From positions 1 through 46,092 of the forward strand of contig CBFFRP010000667.1 of assembly GCA_965644295.1 (NCBI GenBank): DNA of 46,092 nt, in the 5' to 3' direction. Under the pieces are notes generated by a model, which ran no database searches, had not been told where the DNA came from, and worked only from the letters and a program-made list of their open reading frames with translations. Position numbers and translations under genes: made by a program. Shown here piece by piece: positions 26,105-39,725 of the stretch (its first letter is position 1; each line of letters starts with the position of its first letter). Origin of the DNA: Paraphysomonas bandaiensis (taxonomy: Eukaryota; Protista; Chrysophyceae).

Positions 26105-28122
26105 TTACTTTTCTCCTCTTAACTCGGCGCTTAGCATATCCCGCAGCTCAAATTTCTTTATTTTTCCAGAGACAGTCAGGGGAAAGCTTTCTACAAACCG
26201 AATGTATTTCGGCACTTTAAAGTGCGATATTTTCCCTTTACAATATGCTCGAATCTCTTCGCTGCCTATATCAGCAGCGTCCGGGCGCTTAATTACGAAA
26301 GCGCCTATTTCTTCACCATACTTACTATCTGGAACGCCAACCACTTGGACATCCTGAACGCTTGGATGAGTGTAAAGAAATTCTTCAATCTCCTTTGGAT
26401 ACACATTCTCTCCACCTCGAATAATCATGTCCTTTAATCTTCCCTCGATACACACATATCCGTCTTCATCCATGACCGCCAAGTCTCCTGTACGCATCCA
26501 ACCATCTTCAGTGATAGCTTCGTCTGTCTTGGCCTGATCACCCCAATATCCTTTCATAACTGAGTAGCCCCGAGTCATCAGTTCGCCTGTCCGCCCTCTG
26601 GGAGTAATGCGACCATTGGAATCTACAACCTTTATCTCGACATGGGGGTGCACGCGTCCAACAGTCGACACTCTCTTATTAAAAGGAGCATCTTGAGATG
26701 TTTGAGTGGATACAGGAGACGTTTCCGTCATACCATAGCATATTGTCACTCCCTTGACAATATAAAACATAATTAAAAAACATACAATAAGAAAGACTGC
26801 ATAAATACGCAGCTATCATTGGAAATTAAATTGCAACAACTTATACGAGTGATTCCACGAAACTTTTACTTACCTGCATATGCATGTCTTTTTGCACCTG
26901 TGACATCACATGTGTGGGGGCAAGACTTCCAGCTAGAATTCCTGTGCGTAAGCTACTGAGGTTGTATTTACGAAAATCCCGATGTTCCAACTGGGCTATC
27001 ATCATTGTGGGGACACCGTAAAGAACTTCACACTTTTCCTCTTCTACAGTCTACCAAAATCAAATTACTGTATATAACTAAGAACGACATAAATAAATAC
27101 ACAGCACATGAACCTCACGTACCCTTAGAGTCAATATCGGATCGAAGACAGGAGATGGGTACACCATGGTAGCCCCATGAGTCATACATGCAATATTCCC
27201 CATCACCATTCCAAAGCAGTGATACAATGGTACAGGGATACAAACCTTCTCTCCACGCTGAAGCTGAATACCTTCGCCAACAAAGAACCCATTATTTAGA
27301 ATATTGTGGTGAGTTAAAGTTGCCCCTTTCGGACGCCCAGTGGTGCCAGAAGTGAACTGAATATTGATCGCATCATCGAACTGAAGCTCTGCCGCAATAT
27401 TCTCAAGAGCCAGTTCACTGGATCTGTTCATATTTAATACTTCATCGAAGTTAAACATGCCAGGCGTTGTGGCGTCACCCAATCGTATTAATGTTTTCAG
27501 ATGAGGAAGAGCCTCTGACTGTAAATCACCTGTAAAACTTTCATCAAGCTAGTATCATATAATACTATTGAAATGCACCTGGAAAACAAACAGAGAGTTC
27601 TGGAGCAAGCGTATTTACTATATTGATATAATTTGTTGTCTTCAGTGACGGTGCTAACACTAACGCCTTACATTGCACGGCATTCAGAGCATAATGAAGC
27701 TCATTTTCCTGGTAAGCTGAATTGCATTCTTACGTACACACTAAATAGCAGCAGTTCCTACCTGGGTTAATGTTTACCAATATTGCACCCATTTTCGCAG
27801 TAGCAAACTGTGTGAGTGTCCATTCATAGCAATTAGGCGACCATATTCCCACTCGATCACCCGGTCTTATTCCAAGAGCCATAAAATTCTGAGCCAGTTT
27901 GTTGACCTTATCGCTGAACTCCCCATAAGTCCATCGAATATTTTGATGCTTGACAATAAGTGCATCCACATCTCGGTGCCGCTTCACTTGAGAGTCAAAG
28001 TGTGTGCCAATGGTCTCCCCTATAAGACTCTTGCTGGACGTGCCATGTGCATAGGACACACTCATCCACCGAACACAACGACTAACACACTTGGTTCTCC
28101 TGCTTATCGACATCAATATCAT
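26105..28122 (-). CDS. AMP-forming acyl-CoA synthetase (ACSF2-like), multi-exon, probable mitochondrial presequence
   Basis: [46 protein letters not shown] and SGKIKKF. Four short GT-AG introns splice in frame. Arg/Ser-rich N-terminus. Confidence 0.93.
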
Positions 28123-28288
28123 GATTGGTGAAGGATAATGTAACTGTATTATGGATATTTGTGCCCTATTGCAACCTCTTCAGTCCAACATATAAATGGA
28201 ATGCAACTCACAAAGCTGCAATTCCACAGTTTTGGATACACACAAACAATGCACGCACACTGATCGTACTGCTGCATAGTTGTATATG

Positions 28289-28770
28289 CATACATACATA
28301 CATACATACGTACATACATACATACATACAGACATACATACATACATACGTACATACATACATACATACATACATACATACATACAAACATGCATACATA
28401 CATACATACATACATACATACATACATACATACATACATACATACAGACATACATACATACATACGTACATACATACATACATACATACATACATACATA
28501 CATACATACAAACATACATACATACATACATACATACATACATACATACATACATACATACATACATACATACATACATACATACATACATACATACATA
28601 CATACATACATACATACATACAAACATACATACATACATACATACATACATACATACAAACATACATACATACATACATACATACATACATACATACATA
28701 CATACATACATACATACATACATACATACATACATACATACATACATACATACATACATACATACATACA

Positions 28771-28801
<31 letters not shown>
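28289..28801. repeat. (TACA)n microsatellite
   Basis: ~510 bp of CATA units with rare CAAA/CAGA/CGTA variants, between divergent genes. Confidence 0.97.
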
Positions 28802-28860
28802 GACATAGAGTCAGACTCTTAGTATTTGCTTTAATGAATTAGTAGTTTGTTCCGTTAAGA

Positions 28861-29671
28861 ATGTCGGATTACCTATTCATGTTGGAGCATGTTATTCATA
28901 TAGCCACAGTAATTCTTCATGTGATAGTATTCGGCTACGTTGAGTTAAAGTGGTAAGTTATACTCCTGCAGTGATAGTATGTATAAGTTAATGGTGATCA
29001 CTCAGGTCACTGGGTTGGGTGATATCGTGTTTGTTGACTCTGTATCTATTGGTAAAAAGAAAGTCGATAATCCCTCCCATTTTATGCGCTCTGGAGTACA
29101 GTATTGCTAATAGTGGACAGAAGAAAGTTAGCTATGTTTGTTTCTTACTGTTGGAATGGTTGTATTTCACTTGCACACGGGGTAATGAAACTGAAGTTTC
29201 TGTTGATTTTCAACCTCGAGAGCAAGAAATTAGAAAGTATTTGATGGCAAAAGACCCTAGCAAATTACATAAGGTGCGCTCCGTATATTGTCGTTCAGCG
29301 ATTGCATGACGTATATGTAGGTTGACGACTGGATGGTCAAGTACAAAGGTAAAGAAGATGAACTACTTCGAAGATTAAAGTCGAAGTACGAAATCACTCA
29401 CCATTCGGACCCAAGACCTACTCAGGATTTGCCTAGAGTTGTCACTGGTTGGGGAAGTATTCACACTAATCGTGACTCACAACAGCGCGAGGATGATTTC
29501 AGCGAAGAAGAGGACGATGACGAACAAGACAGTGACGACGAAGTCACACAAGATTTGAATCGTGATAAAGTTGTTTACTACAAGAGAGATGATCCGATTG
29601 TATTGGAAGCCAAAAGACGGGCAAGAGAGGGTGTATTGAATCGAATAAGAGCACGAAAGGGCTACAAATAA
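28861..29671 (+). CDS. Small membrane protein with an acidic tail; 3 exons
   Basis: ATG 28861 (MSDYLFMLEHVIHIATVILHVIVFGYVELKW). Introns at ~28953-29005 and ~29274-29321 splice in frame. Contains EIRKYLMAKDPSKLHKVDDWMVKYKGKEDELLRRLKSKY, a helical motif type I recall from stramenopile proteins. Confidence 0.7.
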
Positions 29672-29931
29672 CTATGCAGCACCGGAAGGATGGGTTCAGG
29701 CACTCAAGTGTTTACGTGCCCTCCTTTATTATGCACGATTAAGCTAGTCGTAGTAGTTTTGTTTCTTTCCCACAGTAGTAAAACTCTGCATGTACACTGT
29801 ATATTCGTAAATTTATAGTTTTAGTCGAATAATTGCGAATTGGCCGGCTTCAAATTTAATAATAGTGAAGTAATTTCGCGTGTTTCTTTGCTTTTAACAT
29901 ATTATAGTCACTTTTCATTGCCCTAAATTTA

Positions 29932-30231
29932 ATGTGCTGTATGATTTTAGTCATAGTGACGTCTGGGGTCACAATGTCATTCTATGTCGGATGGATTCTG
30001 GATACTTCAATAGGTACTCTGGGGTGGAACAATAGTTTGGAGTATACAGCGCGGAGCTACAAATATTCAAAGCTAGATGAACCCATCTGCCGTATTAATT
30101 TTGTTACATACTCCGACTTGACAAGAAATAACTACAGAGCCATCTGCTACCATGAGAAGTGGGACGATGAAGCAACCTTCTTTGACGAAACAAAATCACC
30201 ATATTGCGCTGATGGAATCATTTGTGGCTAG
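29932..30231 (+). CDS. Hypothetical small protein with a hydrophobic N-terminus
   Basis: 99-aa ATG ORF in an otherwise AT-rich intergenic gap; no recognisable motif. Confidence 0.3.
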   Translation: MCCMILVIVTSGVTMSFYVGWILDTSIGTLGWNNSLEYTARSYKYSKLDEPICRINFVTYSDLTRNNYRAICYHEKWDDEATFFDETKSPYCADGIICG

Positions 30232-30450
30232 CTGGTAGACACTAATGACAACATTAAGCGCCTGTTCTATTATGACTTAATAATATCTTAATTATATATA
30301 TTTCATATATATACTATATTGGCAATCAATGAAAACAAAAGAAACACTTCAAAAAATACTCGTATATTGTATATTGGTAGAGCAACAGCTCAACCAATAA
30401 TCAACTGCACAATCATACGTCGAGTGGATGGCGCAGAAAAAAACATAAAC

Positions 30451-31786
30451 TTAGAAAACCCTACGGCTAATCCGAGAATCGCGTGTACATAACCAGAGCG
30501 ATTCAGTGTATACTTTATCCAGCTTGTACATAGTTTCGAACTGGGAACATTTGTAAGAGTACTGAGCCACAATATTCTGCACATTGGATGGCAACTTTAA
30601 AATGGTAGGTGAACAATCAATAGCGGAGGGAACGTTTTCGGCGAATTTCTGCTCGAGACATACTCGTGTAATGTTGACATCCATGTGTAGTGGGGACGTG
30701 AGATTCTTTGTTAAAAGGCTGTCCCAATTCAGCTCGCGGAAAAAGGGGTGGCGCCGAAGAGCTTCGAAATTGGATCCAGCACCTAGCCTCTGTGGCACTC
30801 GAACATCAAGCAAACCACGTATAACAGACGCAAACGCAGATGATACACGCTCGGCAGTGCTTGATATCATCGGCACAGTAATAATCATAGACTTGGGCAA
30901 AGACACACTGAAAACACTCCTTCCTGACCTCTCCGAAACTTCTGACCATTCATCTGTCGCACAGAATGAATCTGCAATAGAAGCACTTGTAACGAAGAGA
31001 TCTTCCTCCTCATCCCACTGTTTCACCGTTGGCCAATATTCCTTATACATTTCCTCAACAAATGAAACAAAAGTATTTGGACAGTTGTTGTGAAATGGCA
31101 GTTCCCCAAATAACAGCTCATACATCACCACCCCCAAGCTCCAGAAGTCGCTTTCAGTACTATGAGAATGAGAAGAAGTCAGTACCTCAGGAGCAATGTA
31201 TCCCTTATTTCCGCTGCACTCGGTGCACACCATACTGAGTGTAGCGCAGTGAGACATGCCGAAGTCTATCAGCCTCGGATATCCTTGGCCATCCAGTACA
31301 ATATTTTCCGGTCTGACATCTATATACAAGCGTTACATATAGTTCGGTACACAACGGTGGATTTTACTCACCTCTGTGGATGACCCCTCGACTATGGACA
31401 TACTGCAGAGCGGAAGCTATACAAGCACCAATAAAGGCAACATCATACTCTGTAAAATCGACATTGTCGTTCATATGATACCGCAGGTCGCCTCCTTCTA
31501 ACAGATCTAACACCATCACGCAGTTGGTTTTGTCATAGTAAGCGCAATGTAGGTTGCACAGAAACTGATGATGTGATAGTCTCTTCATGGAAGATATTTC
31601 AGACTGCAGTACATCCGCACCACCCGATCTGGTAACACAGTTCTCGATATTGACTATCTTTAATGCCAATAGAGTCTTACTAGGACCATGCCTAGCGCGT
31701 CTGATCACTCCAAATGATCCCTCTCCTATCTTTGGTCCTGCTAAGAACTCTCGGCCTATATGATTTCTGGATGCTCCGGATCCCAT
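30451..31786 (-). CDS. AGC-group (STK32/YANK-like) protein kinase; 2 exons (intron 31320-31371)
   Basis: GEGSFG, LALK, LLEGGDLRYH, spliced HRDVRPEN, DFG, YIAPE, DFWSLG, RLGAG...HPFF..LNW. N-terminus MGSGAS. Confidence 0.9.
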
Positions 31787-32090
31787 TACGATAATGTGTG
31801 ATGAGAGTGAACTCTTTCGCGAGACAGAATATGGAGTAGATAGGGAGTGTCGTGGGGTTATTGTTACCTAGGATGAATCCTGAAATACTTCTTTAAATTA
31901 CAGGATCGTGGAAGAGGTTCGTCATAGCTGTGGGGCAGTCATTCCAGAGCCACCAAAATGATGTATGCTGCTGCTGTATGTACATTTGTGTACTGCTGTA
32001 TTCCATGTACTGCAGTATAATCCACTGTAGATAGTGTGGGGAGTAGGAAGAAACTACGTACATGTATACTATAGGTACGTTTGTAAACCG

Positions 32091-32216
32091 TAGGTAGGTA
32101 CTCAGAGCGGGTGGGTGGGTACTCAGAGCGGGTGGGTGGGTACTCAGAGCGGGTGGGTAGGTACTGCGGGTGGGTGGGTACGTGGGTACGTGACTGGGTG
32201 GGTACTCACTGGGGTC
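32091..32216 (+). repeat. G-rich 21-bp tandem repeat (GGGTGGGTGGGTACTCAGAGC), ~3 copies plus decayed copies
   Basis: Read directly from the sequence between the divergent kinase and AKR genes. Confidence 0.8.
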
Positions 32217-32265
32217 GGATCTGTATGAGTTGTGCTATTGTGATATTGTGCCTTTCCACTTGCAA

Positions 32266-34055
32266 ATGCCGCCCATACCTCTCTTCCTCACCTTATCCTC
32301 TCTACTCTCTCTCTCTTATAGTTGCCCTCGGGTTCAAGTGACTAGCACTCGTATCGATTTGGGTCATCGTATCTTCTCAGTGGTATCTGAGCCCCATGTC
32401 TCATCCCACAGAGCCGTATATGTATCAGATGATGCAGACAACCCCATGTACCTCTATCACACTCTAGCAGATCCGATTGAGTATGGTATCGGCCGGTGGG
32501 TGTTCTACCATCAGCCGGGGTCCAGCTCTATGGCTCATGCCTATGTGGACTCATGGGCAGTGGGACCACATCTTGTAGGCGCCGTCAACGACCCTGAGAA
32601 ATCGTCCTGGATGGTGCATGTAGGCGATTCATGGCAGGTCGATGAAGGCTTTGATGTTCAGTGCGCACCTTCCGATAGCACACTTACATTTGCCCCTGCA
32701 GAGGATACGACTGTATATCTTGAAGTCCATGGGTTCCCGTGGCACATATCTGGGTTCTATGTTCAGATTAGTGAGTCAGATGACATGCCAGTTTACTCAC
32801 ATGTTCATTCGGATGATGATATACAATTGTATTTATACCGCATAGAAGACATGTGGTTGATTGGCGAAGAGGTGGGATCAGATCGTGCTATAGCCTATGT
32901 AGTTGACAGCGCGAATACTCCTGGTCGAATCACCCACTCTGAGTGGTATTACAGTCGCGGCGAAATGTGGGAAACACGGCCTACAATTATAGTGCGTGGT
33001 ACCCGCAAGAAGAGCATTTACGAACGACTAAACCAGTACCGCAGCATTCCTTATCTTCCCCCTGATCAAACTTATCATCGCCTTCGACATAATATCCCGA
33101 TGCCTTCAATAGGACTTGGCACTGGGAATATTCCTTTGGATTCCATGAACTCTACCTTGACCACCGCCTTGCGACTGGGATATAGAATGTAGATTGAATG
33201 CGTATCGTCGTGTGCATGGATATGCTTACTGTATCGTGTGACGTAGGTTTGATATGGCGAGGGAATATAAGAACGAAGCCATCATGGGCGAGATATTGTC
33301 TCGATCAGGTGATGGGATAATTCCGGAGCGGCATGAAGTCTTTTTGGTGTCGAAGGTGTGGCCTACTGAGCTTGGATTCGCTACGACTAATATAGCCATA
33401 TCTCAATCATTACGGGACATGAGTACTGCCTATTTGGACATGTACATGCTCCATTGGCCCTGGTAGGGTGTTATTGTTGTCGTAGTTTGTGTCGTCATCC
33501 ATGATTGTTACGTGTACGGTTCTTTTTAGGTGTGTAGCAGAGTGGCCGTGGATGCACTGTGAGACCACTGTAGATCCATCTGGTACTTGGGTGCAGTCCT
33601 ATAAGTCACTGGAAAGGGCTTATGCGGAGGGTCGTGTAGCGTCAATTGGAGTGAGCAACTTCAATTTCGGTTTGTTAGAGAGCGTCAGGGCCGTCGCTGA
33701 TGTATTTCCACATGCTGTGCAGAACCACGCAACGCTTATGAATCTGGATATGGATGTGCGACAGTGGTGCTCTGACTACGGCGCGGCGTATATACCGTAC
33801 TCTTCAGTGCGTGGAATTCAATTTCTGCCTACAGACACGCAGAAAGCGCTAGCCAATGCTGTCAATGTACATAACGCTAGCCACCACGCTGTAGTTATGC
33901 GATTCTTCCTTCAGACAGGAGCTGTTGTAATTCCCCGCACAACGAATCCAGACCATCTGAAAGAAAATATTGAACTGCTGAAGACATTTGCCCTGACAGA
34001 AGATGAAATGGGGGAAATAGGGTGGCCGTACACTCCATGGCATGCGGCAACCTAA
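32266..34055 (+). CDS. Aldo-keto reductase with a signal peptide and a ~260-aa N-terminal extension; 3 exons
   Basis: MPPIPLFLTLSSLLSLSYSC; MPSIGLGT, GYRM|FDMAREY (D,Y), FLVSKVW (K), YLDMYMLHWP (H), IGVSNF, IPRTTNPDHLKEN. Introns at ~33189-33246 and ~33463-33529. Confidence 0.9.
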
Positions 34056-34865
34056 TTACATATATAAATGTTGCTTGTAGAGAAATGTCTCGTATACGTT
34101 AGTAGCTATGAACTTTAGACTTTTGAACTTATAGTAGTTCAGTGTGCTTTTAGTAATACCGACTAGATGTATTACTATACACTATACAGGCCTCCTACCG
34201 ACACTTGTGGTGCTAGATATGGTGGTTTAATAACTACTAGGTACTATACTCTTGTATATTCCGAATTTATACCCTTCTTTTAGTCTGCCTCTTGAGAAGT
34301 CTCACCACACTTCTATGATCTATGACAATTCTGACGAAAATGGAATTATTGCCCAACGATAATTTCATCCAACTTCAATACATGTATATTGCGTGACAAC
34401 TTCTACGTGCCGTTATATTCTATAATATATTCTTACCATGAGTAGAATTGCGGAGGAAGTAAAAAAGTAAGTTAAGTGACGTGTAGAGCTTTGCGGTTAC
34501 TACGTTACTACACACACTACGCTCGCCAACACGTATTCATTATACATAATAAAATTACTTTCCGAAGTCCACTAAATAACATTGTTTACGTACATGAACA
34601 ATTACTTTGTGTAAGTGTTACAACTGAAAAGAGGAGAGGCTTACTGAGATATGGAGGCGCTACTTATTTCCCAGTTATCGATACAGCTGTTGAAATTCAT
34701 ATAAAGTAGCTCTTGAGTCAATTTAATTTATAGTGCCGGTTTAAAATATGTGTAATCGAATCAAATTATTAATCATGATATATATACAATAGCAACACTA
34801 CCACCAGTCTATATATTACATAGCACAGAGAAACATAATACCAAATTTCTGCATTGGTCAGAGTA

Positions 34866-37800
34866 TTACAATGAAGTGGATTCTAACACCAGTTCATTGG
34901 ATTCATTCATAGTGGTCTGGCTCGTGTTCGCCAAAGCATCACTACCGCTAGCAATTGACATCGTTCCAGCTGGTACATGCAACTCCCCCGTTTCCCCATG
35001 TACAGCCGCATCAGCCGCTGCTCGAACGGCTTTTTCACGTCGCTTTATTAATAAGTCTTCTCGTAGCTCCTCAGGTGTTAACTCCAGCAGATGTGGAGGG
35101 ACCATGCACGGACTAGTATTTTTCGTGATACTCTGCATTTTGACTTGGAGAAATCGGTGTAAAGGTTCCAAGAGCGCAATTTCACCACTGGTCTCTAAAA
35201 CCCATACAGTGTCATAGTCATGGTACCGTATCTGCAACCAATTCCCCTTCTTCGCTTCACAAATTACGACCATACCTTTCTCAAGAGTACCACATACAAT
35301 CTGACATTTTCGTATAAGTTAATTCGCAAGTAAGGGCTACTGTGATGCGCATACCGCTTCCTTGACGGGACGTTGCCGCACTTTAATTTCGACTCCATCT
35401 GGAAGGAAGTCAGAGACCTAGAGCCAAAATGAATGTAGCATTATGCACGTTATAACTTGTCATACCATATAAAAAACCGGTTTCGGGTAATTATGCAAAT
35501 CATCCCAGAATCCTTTCACATGATTCATGGAAGGATGCATGATAGGTATTGATCCTAATCGAAATTGAGTCCATCCCAATCCACCAGAATAGCGTACCTA
35601 TGCAATAGATTACATACCGGTGTATCACATTTCATGGCAATTACCAGAATCCAGTTTCCCAAGATGTCCTCGACCCTGTATGTTAAATTTGGTTCTATAA
35701 CTCCAATTGGCCGCCCTTCGTCTCCCAAGTTATCAAATATCTGGGGACAGTAGTACCGCGGAAGCAGAATGGTATCCCCAAGCTCATAGTAAGTCGGAAA
35801 ATGCATTCCAGACTGAAGATACTTGGCTCTGCGGATTATATGTGCCTCCGAAAGCCACAGTTCTTCAGCATTATTAGATTTTATGTGTTCCTTCTTTGCT
35901 CGCTCTGCATGTCGACGCTCCGATTTTTCAGAAGTAAATCTCTTGCCACAGTAATGACACACGAACAAGGGTTCCTTCCCTGTCTGCTTTCTATACTCCA
36001 TTTTCAGCTCATTTCGCTTTTTATATATACTGTTATCACAAATCATCTTTCTAGCAAGGGGCAGAGGAGGTTTCATGAGCATTCTAGATATAGCAGGACC
36101 AACTCCCTTCAATGAATATATAAAGTGGTTCTTGATTATACACTTGTAAAATTTCCGAATACTAATTTGATCATCTTCGCCGGTAACACGACACATTGAT
36201 ATTACTTCATTCACATTTTTTTCGTCAACTGTCATAGCTAACTTTCGGAAAAATATCAAAACACATTTCGACGGCACCAGCTGATGTAACTCATATTCTG
36301 AAGAAGGCGGCTCCACTGTTGTGAGTTGAACTTCTGGATTGGTCTTATCGACTAGTATGGGCGCAAGTTTATCGTCAGGTGGCGGAACAGCAGCTGTTTC
36401 ATACTCCTTCTTTGCATCCAATAATAGAGCCGAAATCATAGCCAAATGAGCAGACTTGATCCATTCCGGCTGCCTATCCACATCGTGACACAAGGAGCGA
36501 CAGTAGTGAACAACAAGCTTTGCGAGACATTTAACAAGGACTGTTCCTTCCTTACTATCCAGGAAGGCATTGAGAGTGACAGCATACTTAAACAGCTCAT
36601 CCGCAACAAAGTCATCCTCCATGGTTTTCCTCATCTGCTCCACAGACGTATCCACAGCCGGACCACCATCCTCTTTCTTCTTGCTGATCTTCCACTTTCG
36701 ACGCTTCGTCCACTGACCATTGGGATTCTCATCGTATTGCTTCGGCTGTACAGACCATCGGGCATGCAGCACAGGGTCTTCTTCAATTCTGCGGTTTCGA
36801 TCCAGTGATGTCCGTATTGTCGGCATCTTCGACATAAGCTTGGTTTTCAAATAAACATTGGGCTGGAACCATTGACTCACTATTGGGTTATTTTCTAAAT
36901 CGAGCGTGGTGATCGTTCTATTACCACTCATTCCATAAGCAATATCCAAAGCTGCATCGTTATTCAGATTATTTCCCCTCATTATTAAAGTCTTGACACC
37001 TTTATTACGTCGCAGTGCTTGACAAATAGACATCAGTCCGAGAGTACGTTTCGCTAACATCATTTGTGTGTGGGATATATCCAGCGTCTTCAAATTTTCG
37101 GCGTACATTAATAGCTCACCAACATGCCCTATACCTTCAGGACCTAAGGGGTTCCCAGCCAAATTCAATTCAGTTAGTGAGCCATTCATACGAAGGAAGA
37201 AACAAAGTCGCTCAGCACCGGGAAATCGAAATTTATTATTAGACAGCGAGAGTACCTCCAATGTATTGTTATTTTGCATACATTTGCCAAGTGCAGTGAC
37301 ACCATCATCTCCAATATAATTCCCATCCAACCGAAGAATTTTTAGACTTCTGTGATGATTAAGTATTTTGGATATTTCTTCTGCACCGTCATCGGCTATT
37401 CTATTCGCACACAATTCCAAAGTATGCAAATTGTCGCTGCTCTTATATGTCGTCGACAAATATCGACAGCCATCAAACGAAAACCCGTTGGAATTTAATT
37501 TCAGTGTCTTTAATGCCAGTAAGGATTTGCATGCTTCAGCTACAGCCATCATACCTTCGTCTGAAATGTTGTTGTTCGACAAATCCATCAGTTCAATGTG
37601 TGAATTGCGATGTATGCATCTGGTAAGGGCCCAAGCACCGTCATCATAGAGGAACGAGTTTCTGAGATATATCTCAGTCGGTAACTTTTTGCTCTCTCCC
37701 TCTAAGGGACTTATCACAAGAACGGTATTGTTGGTCACTCCGTCAACTTCCACAGATGATGCAGCCTCATTGTGTCGCTCTACTCCATCAGCAATGAAGC

Positions 37801-39295
37801 GGTACTGATACCTCCCAGGAGGAAGTTTCACATTGTACGAATATACACCCATGCTGTCTGGATACATCATTGTTGCTTTCCAGTTATTGAACTCCCCAAG
37901 AATATACACGTCAGAAAGAATCACTTCCCTCCATTCAAGCCTCACGTCCGCATGTCCCCCACAGGTAGGCGCAATCACAACATCTATAGGCAAGTCTCTA
38001 ACCTGCATGACAGATGTCAATGTGTCTGGAAGATTCATTCCACCATGTTCCACAGTCCATGTGGTGCGATGTTGCTTATCTAAGTGGTGTTGAGTGTGTA
38101 GAGGTCGAACTCCTGCTCGAGGATCAGCACCAAATACAAGAGCCTTATTACGCAGTTGCTCAGCCCGTCGTCCTTCTGGATCAGCGATCATGGGGCGATA
38201 AGGCTGGTGTGTAACTACGTTCAGCCGTGACTCCATTCCATTGAGATCAACAGAATATAAAAGTCTGTGGGCAGTTAATTTTCGACCATAGGCTCCAAGA
38301 AATGCGTTTTCGACAGCTATAAATCGTTTGGATATTTCATCTTTCTCCTTCTGTTTAACCTCATGTAACGAAGTATCTGCGACGTGGGGATGATAATCAT
38401 TCGGTCGCAAAAAACACTCGTCACAATGTGGACAGCCCATTAAAGGAGGATGCGCAATACGAAATTCCTTCAGTGCATCCCTCTCAGTATCATGCAACAC
38501 CTTGTCGACGATTAAGTTCCGAGCTTCGACTTCCAGCACCATCCGTTTGAAGTTTCTATAAATATCCTCATTAGGGTCTTTTTTCTTGAATACATTAACA
38601 TTCCATTTTGTCTTTTTCTGTTGCTTCTCACCCTCTTTCTCAAACCCTAATGCCTAGTTCATAAAATCATAACATTACATGATATTTACTTACATGCATA
38701 AAATTCATCGAAACTGATTTCTCCACTACCGCCTGTGTTCAGGTCCTGCATAAGGGCATTCAGTTCTTCTTCTTTCAAATTTACACCGAGGTGTTTTAAA
38801 AGAACTGAGAGCTCGTCCCTGCATAATACAAGTGTCAGGCTCTACGTTTCATAAATAAAGCACCTACAAATCGATAGAATCGCTGCCATCTGTATCGAAC
38901 TTTCGAAAGATTTCATAAACATTCTTCCGTTTCTTCATTTCTGGTGGCACCTTACCGCGTCGACTTCCCGTGTTATTAATCTTATCGATCTCGTTAATGA
39001 CATGGTTGATCTCAACGGCTCCATTGGGCGTAGAGAGATAGTTCTGTATGATCTTACGGATCCTCTTTACGAATGCAGCCACAAAGAGCCTCTCGTTCTC
39101 CTGTCGGAGGGTCTCGTCCTCTAGTGTTCTGCAGCGCAAGTAAGCCCCTCCATACATATATACGTATAGACACACACAGATACAGACAGCAGATAATCAC
39201 CTGTTCTCCGAATGCTTCGGAGGGCCCCATGTAAGAGGCCCGTCAGTCTTGTGGTGCCTCTTATCCCGCCGATGCTTATTTCTCCACACGTACAT
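34866..39295 (-). CDS. Large multidomain protein: EF-hands, C2H2-like finger, CBM48 (AMPK-beta-like glycogen-binding), RNI-like LRRs, second C2H2-like finger, SH3-like C-terminus
   Basis: Probable ATG at 39295 (MYVWRNKHRR...). EF loops DTDGSDSIDLDEL and NTGGSGEISFDEF; CPHCDECF; VYILGEFNNW...LPPGRYQYRFIADG; ~9 LxxLxLxxNxI repeats; CHYCGKRFTSEKSERRH; GNWLQIRY. Multiple GT-AG introns. Confidence 0.85.
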
Positions 39296-39427
39296 ACTCT
39301 ACAGGGGTGACTACAGAGATTAAAGAGAGCGGCGCATACCCATTCACGCATGTACCATGCGCATTACACTATGCACTGTAATATACATCTACAACAAGCA
39401 CACGACAATGTACACTGTAACGGTGAA

Positions 39428-39725
39428 TACATACATACATACATACATACATACATACATACATACATACATACATACATACATACATACATACATACAT
39501 ACATACATACATACATACATACATACATACATACATACATACATACATACATACATACATACATACATACATACATACATACATACATACATACATACAT
39601 ACATACATACATACATACATACATACATACATACATACATACATACATACATACATACATACATACATACATACAGACATACATACATACATACATACAG
39701 ACATACATACATACATACATACATA
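39428..39725. repeat. (TACA)n microsatellite, left of the TIR element
   Basis: ~300 bp near-perfect array ending in the TA target site. Confidence 0.97.

Noticed and set aside
28125-28822. YIHT / MYVC repeat ORFs (also 39350-39929 and 41470-42112)
   Set aside because: Translations of the stop-free (TACA)n microsatellite, not genes.
30584-38214. Several plus-strand ORFs antisense to the kinase and LRR genes
   Set aside because: Antisense shadows of well-supported minus-strand genes.
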